Of a stretch of 64,000 bases of DNA, positions 8,045 to 16,904 are shown in pieces (position 1 is the stretch's first letter; the number at the start of each line of letters is the position of its first letter). The stretch lies in IMG/VR virus record IMGVR_UViG_3300028610_000244, positions 33,869-97,868 of that record, one strand, 5' to 3'. Source of the DNA: a virus. A program made the translations under genes and the position numbers. Under the pieces are notes generated by a model. It was given only the letters and a program-made list of their open reading frames with translations, was not told where the DNA came from and searched no databases.

Positions 8045-11000
8045 TTATTTTGTCACCCATGCACCGGCTTCGTAGAAATTGAAGACGGCTGTTGTCGTGT
8101 TATAAATCACCATGCCATTGACCGCAGTCAAGGCGTTACGCTGTGTCGTAGTCATCTGTGCTGTTTCAAGAGCACCGCTCAACTTGGTACTACCGGCAGC
8201 ACGACATCGAAGAATTTCTTTTATTCCCGAAGCGACAGTTTGGACCTGAATCACGAAATCAAAATCAAGATTACCTGATGTCGAATTCGCCTTATGGGCT
8301 CCGATCTCAGCACACAATACCGGAACGTCAGCGGCGTCAGTGTGATGCCCAGTGAATCCCATACCGCCACCTGAGCCTAGTTCCTGTGGTGTTGAGTCGT
8401 GAAAATTTGCTTGCATGTTGTCGGCGGACACGACTTCGAGCGGCAACGTGTATGTAGCAGTTGCTTGAGTTGGGTCGCCTATCACGAGTTGTTCTGTGTG
8501 AATCCTACCCTCAACTCTGATTCCCATATCAAATTCCAGGATACCATCAACGCCAACGTCGTTGTCGGTGACATACATCTTTGTACCGTCAGGACTGAAT
8601 GTTATCGAGTTCGGCACGGTTGCAATCGTTGTCAGGTCCAGCGATCTTGAAAGTATGCCGGTTGTTATGTCCCATGCCGTTGACAGATCGTACTCGTGAA
8701 TGTCATCTTCCGCCGAGCCATCCACTACATACAAACGCCGGCCATCTGGGCTAAATGAGAAGCCCTCAATGTTGTCCATAGAGGCGTCGAACTTCGTCGT
8801 GTATGTTGCGGTAGTGACATCCCAGGCCGTAGTCAGTGTCCAGAGCTGGACTTCATTTAGTGTCCCATCACTGATGAACATCTTGAGACCATCGGGCTTG
8901 AAGCGGATACCTATCGGAGTCGTAGAGCTGGTAGATACGTCCTTTAGGTTCGTCGCGGATGCCGTCGATAACGTCCAAGCAGTTGAGAGCGTATACATGT
9001 TGACTTCATCACCGGCAGAACCGACAATGTACATCTTGGTTCCATCAAGGTTGAAGCAGACACCCATCGGATTGGCTTCCTCGGTGGTCGTGCTCATCGT
9101 AGATGTCCAGGTCATTGAGGACACATCCCACGGAGTTGAGAGAGCAAACTCATTGATCTCATCATCCACATTACAGACGATGAAGACCTTCTTGCCATCA
9201 GGGCTAAACGCCGAATCGTGCGGCCCAGTGCCCCAGGTGGCTAACGCAAACGTCTGCTTATATATTGCTGTCGTGGTGTTCCATAAATTATGATGACTGC
9301 CCTGAGTCTCACCATTAGTGTAGGTGGTGACACCGTCGTTGATAAGCCCAGTGATCTCGACGTCTTGGAGTAGCTGGATGCCGTCAGTGCTGAATCGAGC
9401 CAGTACAGTTGTTTGCTGGTTGATTTCAGTCTCATTATAGCTCTGGACAGTGAGAGGCCCGCTCTGTTCTTTCTTGATGAAGTTGCTTGTGCCACCGACA
9501 AAGACGAACGCTGTTTCTCCAGGTGAATCAAATCCACTTGGACCCTCTACGAGTATATTGTTACGAATATATGTGTAGCCGTCACTGTCTATGGAGGCAA
9601 CCGTGACATCAGCACTGTCTTTGACATAAACTTTCTTGGCTCCGGCAGCATCACCAACCCGGAGAACCACATCCTCTGTAACCGACCTAATCCCCATCTC
9701 TGTCTGGCCCTGCATGTAGAGACCACCGACAGGGCTCCCATGAATGTAGGCTCGTCTGGCGGCGTTGATAAAGAGCCGGATATAGTCGTCGCCTTCGTCG
9801 GCCTTACGATAGATATAGAGCTTTTTGCCATCACTAACATCACTAACATCGGTGTCACCGAAGCAAACAATGTCACCAGTGACATCAGGTTGGACCTTTA
9901 GGTCTCCTGTACTCCATATCTCAGGAGCCCTTACTCCGCCAACCACTTTCAGCCAACCACCATACTCAAACCGAGCCACCTCTGTGCCGCTGTAGCCCAT
10001 AGAGTAGATGGTCGTTACATCATTGCTGGCAATCCGCAACTCATCACCGGCCTCGACCCCGATTGCGAAAGTAGTCAAATACATATTGAGCTTTGGTCCG
10101 GTCTCGTTGGGGAACTGAACCAAGTTCGGCTTGACAGTGCCAACGACCGTGAGAACGCCACCCGCATACGTGAAGTTATTACTGCCCACTAAGCCCGCAC
10201 CCACCGAATTTCCGTAAGCGACTTGGCCTACAGTGAATCCCTGCAAGTCTGCACCGAAGTAAGAATGGTCAGTGACTTGTGCCGTCGTGATCGTGATGCC
10301 CGTACTCTTATCCCATGCAGTGAAAACAGGATCGGTTTCGACCAACAGATAAGCCTGCAAGTCGGTGATCTGTGCCTCAGTGATTGTGATACCTGTACTC
10401 CGGTCCCAAGCCATGAAGACAGGATCGGTCTCATCGCCGGTAACGAAATGATTCAGGTCTGTGATCTGCGACTCGGTGATCGTGATACCAGTCGATCTAT
10501 CCCAAGCCATGAAGACAGGATCGGTTTCATCGGCGGTGACGAAATGATCGAGGTCGCTGATCTGTGACTCGGTAATTACGATGCCGGTGCTTTTGTCCCA
10601 GGCCGAGAAGACAGGATCGGTTTCTGTCACCAATACATCTTGTCCGCCAGACTGCAAGCCAAAGGGTGCATTGACCACCCCGGCTGGAGATATGAAGAGT
10701 CGATAAGAACTGGTGTCAGCGATTGAAAAACCACCTGCGGGAGTAGGTGTCCCGGTGGCCCCTGCTCTCAAGAACCATCGGTCCCCACCTGGAGCCGTGT
10801 TATTGATTTCAATACATGCGTTTTGCCCGCCAACGGACTCGGAGCCCTTCACAACGAGTCTATTATTTATCACCGGGATAGTAGCTGTGCCCGTGACCAC
10901 CAAGTCACCAATCGCTACGTCGTCGCCGGTGACAGTAGGTGACACCGTTGTTCCGACTCGCTTCCAGTGCTCACCATGCAGAACATTAGCACCGAACTCT

Positions 11001-11845
11001 TCCCACTTGTCGGCGTTTGCCGCGAATGTCCCTGTCTGTGCTCCGGTGACATTGCAAACGTAGATCATCCTATTGTCTATAAAGTATTCGCCCTGAGTCC
11101 AAGTTGCTCCGTCAACCCACTCTTGGGTCTGGAGAAGATTGTCCTCGGTTAGCGAAGAGATATCAATTTTGTAATACGGAAACGTTACCGCCGCATTTGT
11201 TTTTAGTGAGAATGTGTTGTCGCTGCTAAACCTGGAGAAGACGGTGGTCCCTTCTTCGTACTCCATGTGCCCGTCCAGGATCAGGGCCGCATCTGAGAGA
11301 GCTGCGAACACATCCGTTGGATAGCTTTGATCGAAGAGTAAAAGTCCGGTGTCGTCGGCTCCCAACCATATCTGGAACCTAACAGGGCTCGAAGCCGCAA
11401 CAGCTCCTGTCTTCATGGTGAGCTTCTGGAGCAACGTGTGTGCAGTCACCGGATTAGAGTATTCGTAAACGGTGCCCGACCACTCACCGGATTGATCCGG
11501 TTGGGCTTCTAAATCCGCCTGGAATGAAAACGCCCGCATGATCTTGGCGTCAGTGACACTTGCTTCTCCATCGAACATGCTGTGGCCCAGGAAGTGAAGC
11601 GTGCCATCGGCTCGCTCTGTGGCGACATGGTTTCCGATAGCAGCAACACCGACACTTTTCCCAAGCCATAACGACCTGGGGCCTGTTTCAAAATCGGCCG
11701 GTTGCCAGACACCATTGATCCTGCTCTGAATTTCGGTGTAGCCGGTGTCACTGTCTACAGTGAATCGCAGACTATTGTCCAGGTCTTCACGACCTGCTAG
11801 GTAGATTGTTTCTTTATCATTTTCTATTGCAGGAGTATACGACAT
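8045..11845 (-). CDS. Large fibre/adhesin (1266 aa) with ETDPVF tandem repeats and a C-terminal beta-propeller
   Basis: 4x ETDPVF.AWD.STGI.ITE.QI.DL; repeated FSPDG.K.Y/L.TAWD blades; C-terminal MTTTQRNAL...GMVIYNTTT. Confidence 0.8.
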   Translation of the reverse strand: MSYTPAIENDKETIYLAGREDLDNSLRFTVDSDTGYTEIQSRINGVWQPADFETGPRSLWLGKSVGVAAIGNHVATERADGTLHFLGHSMFDGEASVTDAKIMRAFSFQADLEAQPDQSGEWSGTVYEYSNPVTAHTLLQKLTMKTGAVAASSPVRFQIWLGADDTGLLLFDQSYPTDVFAALSDAALILDGHMEYEEGTTVFSRFSSDNTFSLKTNAAVTFPYYKIDISSLTEDNLLQTQEWVDGATWTQGEYFIDNRMIYVCNVTGAQTGTFAANADKWEEFGANVLHGEHWKRVGTTVSPTVTGDDVAIGDLVVTGTATIPVINNRLVVKGSESVGGQNACIEINNTAPGGDRWFLRAGATGTPTPAGGFSIADTSSYRLFISPAGVVNAPFGLQSGGQDVLVTETDPVFSAWDKSTGIVITESQISDLDHFVTADETDPVFMAWDRSTGITITESQITDLNHFVTGDETDPVFMAWDRSTGITITEAQITDLQAYLLVETDPVFTAWDKSTGITITTAQVTDHSYFGADLQGFTVGQVAYGNSVGAGLVGSNNFTYAGGVLTVVGTVKPNLVQFPNETGPKLNMYLTTFAIGVEAGDELRIASNDVTTIYSMGYSGTEVARFEYGGWLKVVGGVRAPEIWSTGDLKVQPDVTGDIVCFGDTDVSDVSDGKKLYIYRKADEGDDYIRLFINAARRAYIHGSPVGGLYMQGQTEMGIRSVTEDVVLRVGDAAGAKKVYVKDSADVTVASIDSDGYTYIRNNILVEGPSGFDSPGETAFVFVGGTSNFIKKEQSGPLTVQSYNETEINQQTTVLARFSTDGIQLLQDVEITGLINDGVTTYTNGETQGSHHNLWNTTTAIYKQTFALATWGTGPHDSAFSPDGKKVFIVCNVDDEINEFALSTPWDVSSMTWTSTMSTTTEEANPMGVCFNLDGTKMYIVGSAGDEVNMYTLSTAWTLSTASATNLKDVSTSSTTPIGIRFKPDGLKMFISDGTLNEVQLWTLTTAWDVTTATYTTKFDASMDNIEGFSFSPDGRRLYVVDGSAEDDIHEYDLSTAWDITTGILSRSLDLTTIATVPNSITFSPDGTKMYVTDNDVGVDGILEFDMGIRVEGRIHTEQLVIGDPTQATATYTLPLEVVSADNMQANFHDSTPQELGSGGGMGFTGHHTDAADVPVLCAEIGAHKANSTSGNLDFDFVIQVQTVASGIKEILRCRAAGSTKLSGALETAQMTTTQRNALTAVNGMVIYNTTTAVFNFYEAGAWVTK
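10265..10630 (-). repeat. Four imperfect coding tandem repeats of ~90-96 nt (ETDPVF...)
   Basis: Recurrent acaggatcggt and cccaagccatgaagac in the DNA. Confidence 0.85.
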
Positions 11846-12169
11846 TTATATTACCCACCAATTAAGTCCATCTGATCGGATTGTTTTTGATTCATATAGG
11901 CCAAGTACGATGAGGGCCGCTGAGCCGTCAACGGTGTCAGGAACCGTTGCGATGAAGCCACACTGGTAGGTTGCGTCGATACACTTAATAGTGAAGGTTT
12001 GTTTCTTACAGTACACCACTGGAGGCAATGTCGCCGTTACAGTATTGCTCAATCCATTAAGCAAGATAAGTGATCTTGAACCTGTTGGTCCCTCAAGGAT
12101 GTCACCGTCATTGATGAATGTTGCTACTCTATCGAGCCCAATGTTGGATGGTTTGTACTCAAGAACCAT
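11846..12169 (-). CDS. Small fibre-associated beta domain protein
   Basis: T.TLP....F.IK..D.....TVDG....L..YES.T..SDG.NW.VI, a pattern typical of fibre/baseplate attachment domains. Confidence 0.65.
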   Translation of the reverse strand: MVLEYKPSNIGLDRVATFINDGDILEGPTGSRSLILLNGLSNTVTATLPPVVYCKKQTFTIKCIDATYQCGFIATVPDTVDGSAALIVLGLYESKTIRSDGLNWWVI

Positions 12170-12546
12170 TAGACTATCTCAGCCTCAGACATCGGTCCAT
12201 CGGCGGGAACCTTTATAATGTGGATCGTGTCGCCGGTCGTGATAAACTTGAGATGAATGTCAGAGAATCTGATCCCACCGAGCCGCACAGAATCTTTGGC
12301 GTTGAGTGGTATGAAGTTCGCAGCACCTACTACGTTGTATAGACTGAATTGAATAACATCAACGTTATCCGGTCCCGCTATAACAAGCACCTCAGCCAGC
12401 TCGCCATCATCAGTGCCTTGCCAGACCTCAGCATCGCCGGTAGATGTGTGGACCGTGAACGGATCAGGAGCCACTATGCGAGTAATGACTTCTCGCCCAG
12501 TAGGGCACGCCTTACCTAAATAACCTGCTAAATTTTCACTGGTCAT
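12169..12546 (-). CDS. Small beta-rich virion protein with GYLGKA..GRE motif
   Basis: LAGYLGKACPTGREV; first gene after promoter 12580-12608. Confidence 0.7.
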   Translation of the reverse strand: MTSENLAGYLGKACPTGREVITRIVAPDPFTVHTSTGDAEVWQGTDDGELAEVLVIAGPDNVDVIQFSLYNVVGAANFIPLNAKDSVRLGGIRFSDIHLKFITTGDTIHIIKVPADGPMSEAEIV

Positions 12547-12579
12547 AGTGTTTCCTTCCGCGAAACTTAACCTATGACC

Positions 12580-12608
12580 ATGCTACCACAAACTGAACGT
12601 CTTGTCAA
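12580..12608 (-). promoter_or_regulatory. sigma70 promoter
   Basis: TTGACA-N17-TAGCAT with extended TG. Confidence 0.7.
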
Positions 12609-12835
12609 GCATTTTTTCTGGAGTCTGTTACTCGACTTTCAACCAATTTAATAACTATGACCGTGTGATCTGAGAACTTGGAGTTGACCAACCCCGCTTT
12701 CCTGGCCGTCTTCCACGCTTTCTCGATCCCTTGTGGTGAATTGTAGAGCCACGAACCGCCCTCGCATACTTGCCAGAGTCGGCCCGTGGTCCCGTGTCTT
12801 AACGCATATTGTTTGTCAGTTGGTAGGTCGCTCAT
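12605..12835 (-). CDS. Hypothetical protein
   Basis: 76-aa ORF abutting its neighbours. Confidence 0.6.
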   Translation of the reverse strand: MSDLPTDKQYALRHGTTGRLWQVCEGGSWLYNSPQGIEKAWKTARKAGLVNSKFSDHTVIVIKLVESRVTDSRKNA

Positions 12836-13099
12836 CTATGACATCACTGCGAAGCAGATGTAAGCACCAAGAGCCAGTGCAGTGAACACCGAGCCAATCC
12901 ACACATTGAATGTGATCGCGTGGCCGGTGTGGATGTCACTCCGGGTCTTGAGAGCCCGACTAATTTCTTTGTAGCATGGATCGCAAAGATCACCGAGCTT
13001 GAAGTCACAGGTGCTTCCTCTGTGACCTTTGATCTCGTTGCTTCCATCGGTGTGTTCCTTCCCACACCACTCGCACTTGTATGTAATCGTATAGGTCAT
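12836..13099 (-). CDS. Zinc-finger protein with C-terminal TM helix
   Basis: CEWC...DLCDPC plus a hydrophobic C-terminus. Confidence 0.7.
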   Translation of the reverse strand: MTYTITYKCEWCGKEHTDGSNEIKGHRGSTCDFKLGDLCDPCYKEISRALKTRSDIHTGHAITFNVWIGSVFTALALGAYICFAVMS

Positions 13100-13100
13100 G

Positions 13101-13265
13101 TCACTCTCTTCCCATAGATTCTAAATCCGCCGACAGATCATGGAAGCAGTTCATTGCTTTCTCCCTGTCTGCAAACTCTTCACTCATTTGAGCCAGCTTG
13201 TTCTCGTGCTCCACATACCCTTTCGGGTCTGTCTCAACTATAACGACTTGTACCCTGAACGCCAT
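13101..13265 (-). CDS. Hypothetical protein (MAFRVQ...)
   Basis: ATG 13265 lies just after the stop of the 40-aa ORF; same frame as ORF track 13101..13322. Confidence 0.6.
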   Translation of the reverse strand: MAFRVQVVIVETDPKGYVEHENKLAQMSEEFADREKAMNCFHDLSADLESMGRE

Positions 13266-13266
13266 G

Positions 13267-13389
13267 TCACTCACCGTCCTCTCGGCACCATGTCCGACTC
13301 TTCTCTTTCTTCTTGTCCTCATGGACCCTCGTCCCTGGCGGCATCTGCCTACGCGGAAGTCGCGGTTTCAATTTCTTCTTAGCCGCCAT
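13267..13389 (-). CDS. 40-aa basic peptide MAAKKKLKPRLPRRQMPPGTRVHEDKKKEKSRTWCREDGE (not in ORF track)
   Basis: Translated by hand; GGAGGT RBS; fills the gap between rtcB and the next gene. Confidence 0.65.
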   Translation of the reverse strand: MAAKKKLKPRLPRRQMPPGTRVHEDKKKEKSRTWCREDGE

Positions 13390-13393
13390 GTCA

Positions 13394-14593
13394 CTACCTC
13401 CGCCTTCTTGACTTTGCTTTGATTGAGAGGACCGGCGTCAAGCTGTACTCGACGTTGCAGAGATCAGCCTGATTACGCATGACATCTTCGATATCCTTAT
13501 AGGCTCCAGGTGCCTCATCCAAATCTGTTTTGGATGTTAGGTCATGCAAGACACCGAGATCATCAAGTAGCCGCCTCTGGGCTTCCAGGTCCAGCGTCTT
13601 CTTGGCGGCAGTGCGTGACATCGGTCGGCCGGCACCGTGGGATGTGGATAAGAACGACATCTTCTCGCCAGTGTGCGAGACAATGAACGACCTCGTGCCC
13701 ATGCTTCCAGGGATGATTCCTCTGGCGTCACCGAAGTAAGGACCAGCAGCACCCTTGCGATGCACGAGCACATTCCGGCCGAGGTGGTTCTCCATCTTTG
13801 CGTGGTTGTGACATATATCAACGTGGCTAGTGACACAGGTGCCGGGCCAGATCGCTCGGAACGCTTTCAAAATATTCAGCATCATCTTCGCTCTGCTCTT
13901 CTTGGCGAAGTCGATGCAGTAAGCCATCTCCCGCATGTACTCATCATAGCCCTTATGGCCGCGACGAAAGAACGCCAAATCACTGTCAGGTGTCACCTGT
14001 GAGAAATTCTTTTCATTTTCTTGCTTCGCCCAATTATTATAGAAGTCTGCAACTTGTTTACCGAGGTTCCTGGAACCGCTGTGAATCATCACCCAGATGT
14101 CACCGTGTTGGTCAACCTGGACTTCGATGAAGTGATTGCCGCCGCCAAGTGTACCGAGCTGCTTGAGAGCCCGCTCGTATTGCTTGTTGACCACCTGCCC
14201 CATCAAATCAAGGTCCGGCATTTCGTGAACACCGCACGGCTTGTCGTGCCACTTGTGCCCAACAGGTACGGCCTGCTGGATCAGTGCTCGGAGATTCTCC
14301 TGGTGATCTCGCATCGCACCGATTACCATACCGCCCAACCGGCACGCTATCATCCCGCAGCCGATGTCAACACCTACGGCGTTTGGGACCACGACATCCT
14401 GGGTCGCCAAGATACCACCGATGGGCATACCATAACCGACGTGCATGTCAGGCATAGCTGCAAGGTGATGGACTGCGAACGGCAGACGTCTCAGGTTTCT
14501 GAGCTGCTTCCAGCAGTCTTCACTCAGCGACTTTGGGTTCACCCAGAACTTCACAGGCAGGTGCCCGTCCTCAAGGTTCCATTCAGCTTTCAT
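13394..14593 (-). CDS. rtcB: RtcB RNA ligase (3'-phosphate/5'-OH)
   Basis: MPDMHVGYGMPIGG, VGVDIGCGM, GTLGGGNHFIE, HSGSR, HRKGA, HGAGR, DEAPGAYK; start MKAEW after GGAGG. Confidence 0.95.
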   Translation of the reverse strand: MKAEWNLEDGHLPVKFWVNPKSLSEDCWKQLRNLRRLPFAVHHLAAMPDMHVGYGMPIGGILATQDVVVPNAVGVDIGCGMIACRLGGMVIGAMRDHQENLRALIQQAVPVGHKWHDKPCGVHEMPDLDLMGQVVNKQYERALKQLGTLGGGNHFIEVQVDQHGDIWVMIHSGSRNLGKQVADFYNNWAKQENEKNFSQVTPDSDLAFFRRGHKGYDEYMREMAYCIDFAKKSRAKMMLNILKAFRAIWPGTCVTSHVDICHNHAKMENHLGRNVLVHRKGAAGPYFGDARGIIPGSMGTRSFIVSHTGEKMSFLSTSHGAGRPMSRTAAKKTLDLEAQRRLLDDLGVLHDLTSKTDLDEAPGAYKDIEDVMRNQADLCNVEYSLTPVLSIKAKSRRRR

Positions 14594-15395
14594 TTTGTCC
14601 TCCTGGTATTGTGCTTTGGTATCTGCGAACAGTGCAGTCCGGTTGTCCACAATATTTGCAGCCGTCACCGGCTCCTACACAATTCTTCATCTGACCTGGG
14701 GCCTGCAAGACATACCCTTCGCCTCCGCATCTTGTGCAGTTCGGGTCTGGCTCAGGAAGGATCGACGCCACATCCTCTTTCGGACCCGTGTTGAATTTCG
14801 TATCCAGGCAATCACAGTACGGCGGGTCATCCAGGGCGAGTACACCTTTGGCCCACTCGATGTAATACTCCTGTGCCTCTGGTGACAAGTCTTCCAGTGA
14901 CTCGCCGGTCAATGATCCCAGCTCAGGATTCATGTCCGGGTGTTCCAGGAACAGCTTCCATGCCTTGTCCTTGATCTCGATGCAGTAGCCGTCGTCTTGT
15001 CGCTTGATGTTCTTCGTCAGCTTACTTGAGTACATGCCGCAAACCATCTCCGGTGTCATGCCCAGAGCTTGAGCGAAGCTGATCCAGAAATGCAGCATGT
15101 CAATTATTTCTTTGCGACAAGACTCGATATCTTTGATCTCGTAACGTCTGCCTTCCTGGGCTTCTTGACACCAGTGCTTCCAGTAGGTGCAGTTTCGCAG
15201 CTCTTCCATCTCACTGCTCATTGCCTTAATGAAGTTGTCGATCCAGACGCCGGCGTCAAGCTTGGCTCCCTGGTAATCTCGGAAATCTGTTTGCTGTCCG
15301 GCTACCGAGAACGTCTTGGCAAACCGTGCGGCGTCAAAACCTATACGCTCATTGAACGTCTCTTGCATCTTAAACAGATCGGCTATTGTGAACAT
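14583..15395 (-). CDS. Dimeric (all-alpha) dUTPase with C-terminal extension
   Basis: EMEEL...WKHW...EIIDMLHFWIS...Y..K...N..RQDDGY. Confidence 0.85.
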   Translation of the reverse strand: MFTIADLFKMQETFNERIGFDAARFAKTFSVAGQQTDFRDYQGAKLDAGVWIDNFIKAMSSEMEELRNCTYWKHWCQEAQEGRRYEIKDIESCRKEIIDMLHFWISFAQALGMTPEMVCGMYSSKLTKNIKRQDDGYCIEIKDKAWKLFLEHPDMNPELGSLTGESLEDLSPEAQEYYIEWAKGVLALDDPPYCDCLDTKFNTGPKEDVASILPEPDPNCTRCGGEGYVLQAPGQMKNCVGAGDGCKYCGQPDCTVRRYQSTIPGGQNES

Positions 15396-15687
15396 GTCGC
15401 CTCCACTCTCTTAATTGTTCTGCGTATGTGGGTACACCCGCGTCATTGAACTTGCACTGGCACACCTTGATCGGATCAGCTCCGCCTTCTCGCTCAGCAC
15501 CAAAGTGATACTTGAAGCCAGCGACGTACATACGGTGACATCTGATCCAGCACCAGAAGCTCCGCCGCTTCGGCCAAGGCTCGTAATGGCAGCTACCGTC
15601 GCCGGTGGCACACTCACCAAATGAGCGTAGGTGTTTGCAGTCGGTTTCGGCTCCAGGTTCTGCGTGACATAGATAGGCTTTACTCAT
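15370..15687 (-). CDS. Cys-rich hypothetical protein
   Basis: ORF track 15370..15735; ATGA overlap at 15684-15687. Confidence 0.55.
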   Translation of the reverse strand: MSKAYLCHAEPGAETDCKHLRSFGECATGDGSCHYEPWPKRRSFWCWIRCHRMYVAGFKYHFGAEREGGADPIKVCQCKFNDAGVPTYAEQLREWRRHVHNSRSV

Positions 15688-15878
15688 GGGCTTCTTCGCT
15701 CCACAATAATATTTCTGAACCTCAGCAGCGGACACTTCACCGGGTACGAGAAGTCATGCGTCGGGGTGACGTCCTCCGCAGCCCCGCAATGCGACTCCTG
15801 GGTAAACGGACAGTTCATACACCCTTCATCAATCTGGATGGTGAACGTGTCACCTGATGTAGTTGTGGTCTTAGCCAT
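15684..15878 (-). CDS. Small Cys-rich hypothetical protein
   Basis: CMNCPF...C...CPL; GGAGG RBS. Confidence 0.6.
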   Translation of the reverse strand: MAKTTTTSGDTFTIQIDEGCMNCPFTQESHCGAAEDVTPTHDFSYPVKCPLLRFRNIIVERRSP

Positions 15879-16347
15879 CGTTGTTGATCCTCCCATGCTC
15901 GTAAGGTATGTCACAGCATATCAACTCGGCTTGCAGGTTTGCTAACGCCTCAGTGATCGGCTTGACCAGCTCCATTGCTTCATCGGCAGTCCACTCATAG
16001 GTGTAGGCAGTGACACCGTCTCCCTTCCGCTTGTAGCGTGACGTCAAGTGCTCCAGCTTACGGATCGCCTCCAGGGCTTGCCCTTGTCGCTTCTTGCCGA
16101 TCCTGGCAAACTTCTCTCGTCTGGTCTCAGTCTGTTTCAGGACAGGCACGGTCTTGACAGATTCTTTAGCCGCCGTTGACACATGTACGAGCGGCGACGG
16201 TATCAACTCTACCCCTGGCACTTCCTTTGTCGAACCTGGGACCGTTCGATCCCAGTTAATCGGCGTCCAATCTACACAGGCTTCGTCTCTGCCCGTACAC
16301 TCATCGCGGTAGGTGTCACAAGCTAAGCATCTTTTGTCAACTGCCAT
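15871..16347 (-). CDS. Hypothetical protein, Cys-rich N-terminus plus helical domain
   Basis: RREKF.R+...R...AL..IR.L..L....Y.Y pattern recalled from small phage proteins. Confidence 0.65.
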   Translation of the reverse strand: MAVDKRCLACDTYRDECTGRDEACVDWTPINWDRTVPGSTKEVPGVELIPSPLVHVSTAAKESVKTVPVLKQTETRREKFARIGKKRQGQALEAIRKLEHLTSRYKRKGDGVTAYTYEWTADEAMELVKPITEALANLQAELICCDIPYEHGRINNDG

Positions 16348-16550
16348 TAGACTTCCTCCACGTTCATAATTTCGCCTTCGCCCAGGTCTGTCTCGCTGAT
16401 AAGGTCTTCCAGCTCAAAGGGATCATGGAAAGCACCTGGGACCATGAGCGTAACCCGAACGGTGACATCGGCTGTCACTTCATGGCATTGACCCTTCGCC
16501 ATCGAAACATGGATGTCATGCTCTGCGTCTCTTGCGTCTTCGTCACACAT
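16347..16550 (-). CDS. Acidic hypothetical protein
   Basis: Tightly packed ORF. Confidence 0.6.
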   Translation of the reverse strand: MCDEDARDAEHDIHVSMAKGQCHEVTADVTVRVTLMVPGAFHDPFELEDLISETDLGEGEIMNVEEV

Positions 16551-16677
16551 CTTTCTTCTCCTCGATGTACGGATAGGTCACGTAACGTCCCGGCAGGTTC
16601 GGGTGCTCGACCGCCATCATTCGGCACCTGCAATCATCAATAGGTTCGCCGCAGTTGTGGCAGACGCCGTCACTCAT
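16543..16677 (-). CDS. Small Cys-rich protein (MSDGVCHNC...)
   Basis: ATGA overlap with the upstream gene; GAGGAAG RBS. Confidence 0.5.
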   Translation of the reverse strand: MSDGVCHNCGEPIDDCRCRMMAVEHPNLPGRYVTYPYIEEKKDV

Positions 16678-16904
16678 TTCTTCCTCGTCTGCTTGTGAAT
16701 CTTGATTGAGGCCCAGAACATTGCCTCGACCGAGACGATCACGTACAGGTCTCCAGGCTCTTCGTCCAGCTTCGCCCTGATCCACTCCTCAGCGGCGGCA
16801 GTGTCGTCAAACTGTTCAGGCACGATGTCCGGCTTCCACTCCTCGAAGAAGCTGTTGGACAGCACCATCACTTTTCCTTTTGGTGGACATTCTGGCTGTT
16901 TCAT
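16674..16904 (-). CDS. Hypothetical protein
   Basis: ATGA overlap with the ligase stop. Confidence 0.6.
   Translation of the reverse strand: MKQPECPPKGKVMVLSNSFFEEWKPDIVPEQFDDTAAAEEWIRAKLDEEPGDLYVIVSVEAMFWASIKIHKQTRKK

Noticed and set aside
4108-11845. Diversity-generating retroelement acting on the adhesins
   Set aside because: No reverse transcriptase and no adenine-specific template/variable repeat pair; the repeats are in-frame duplications.
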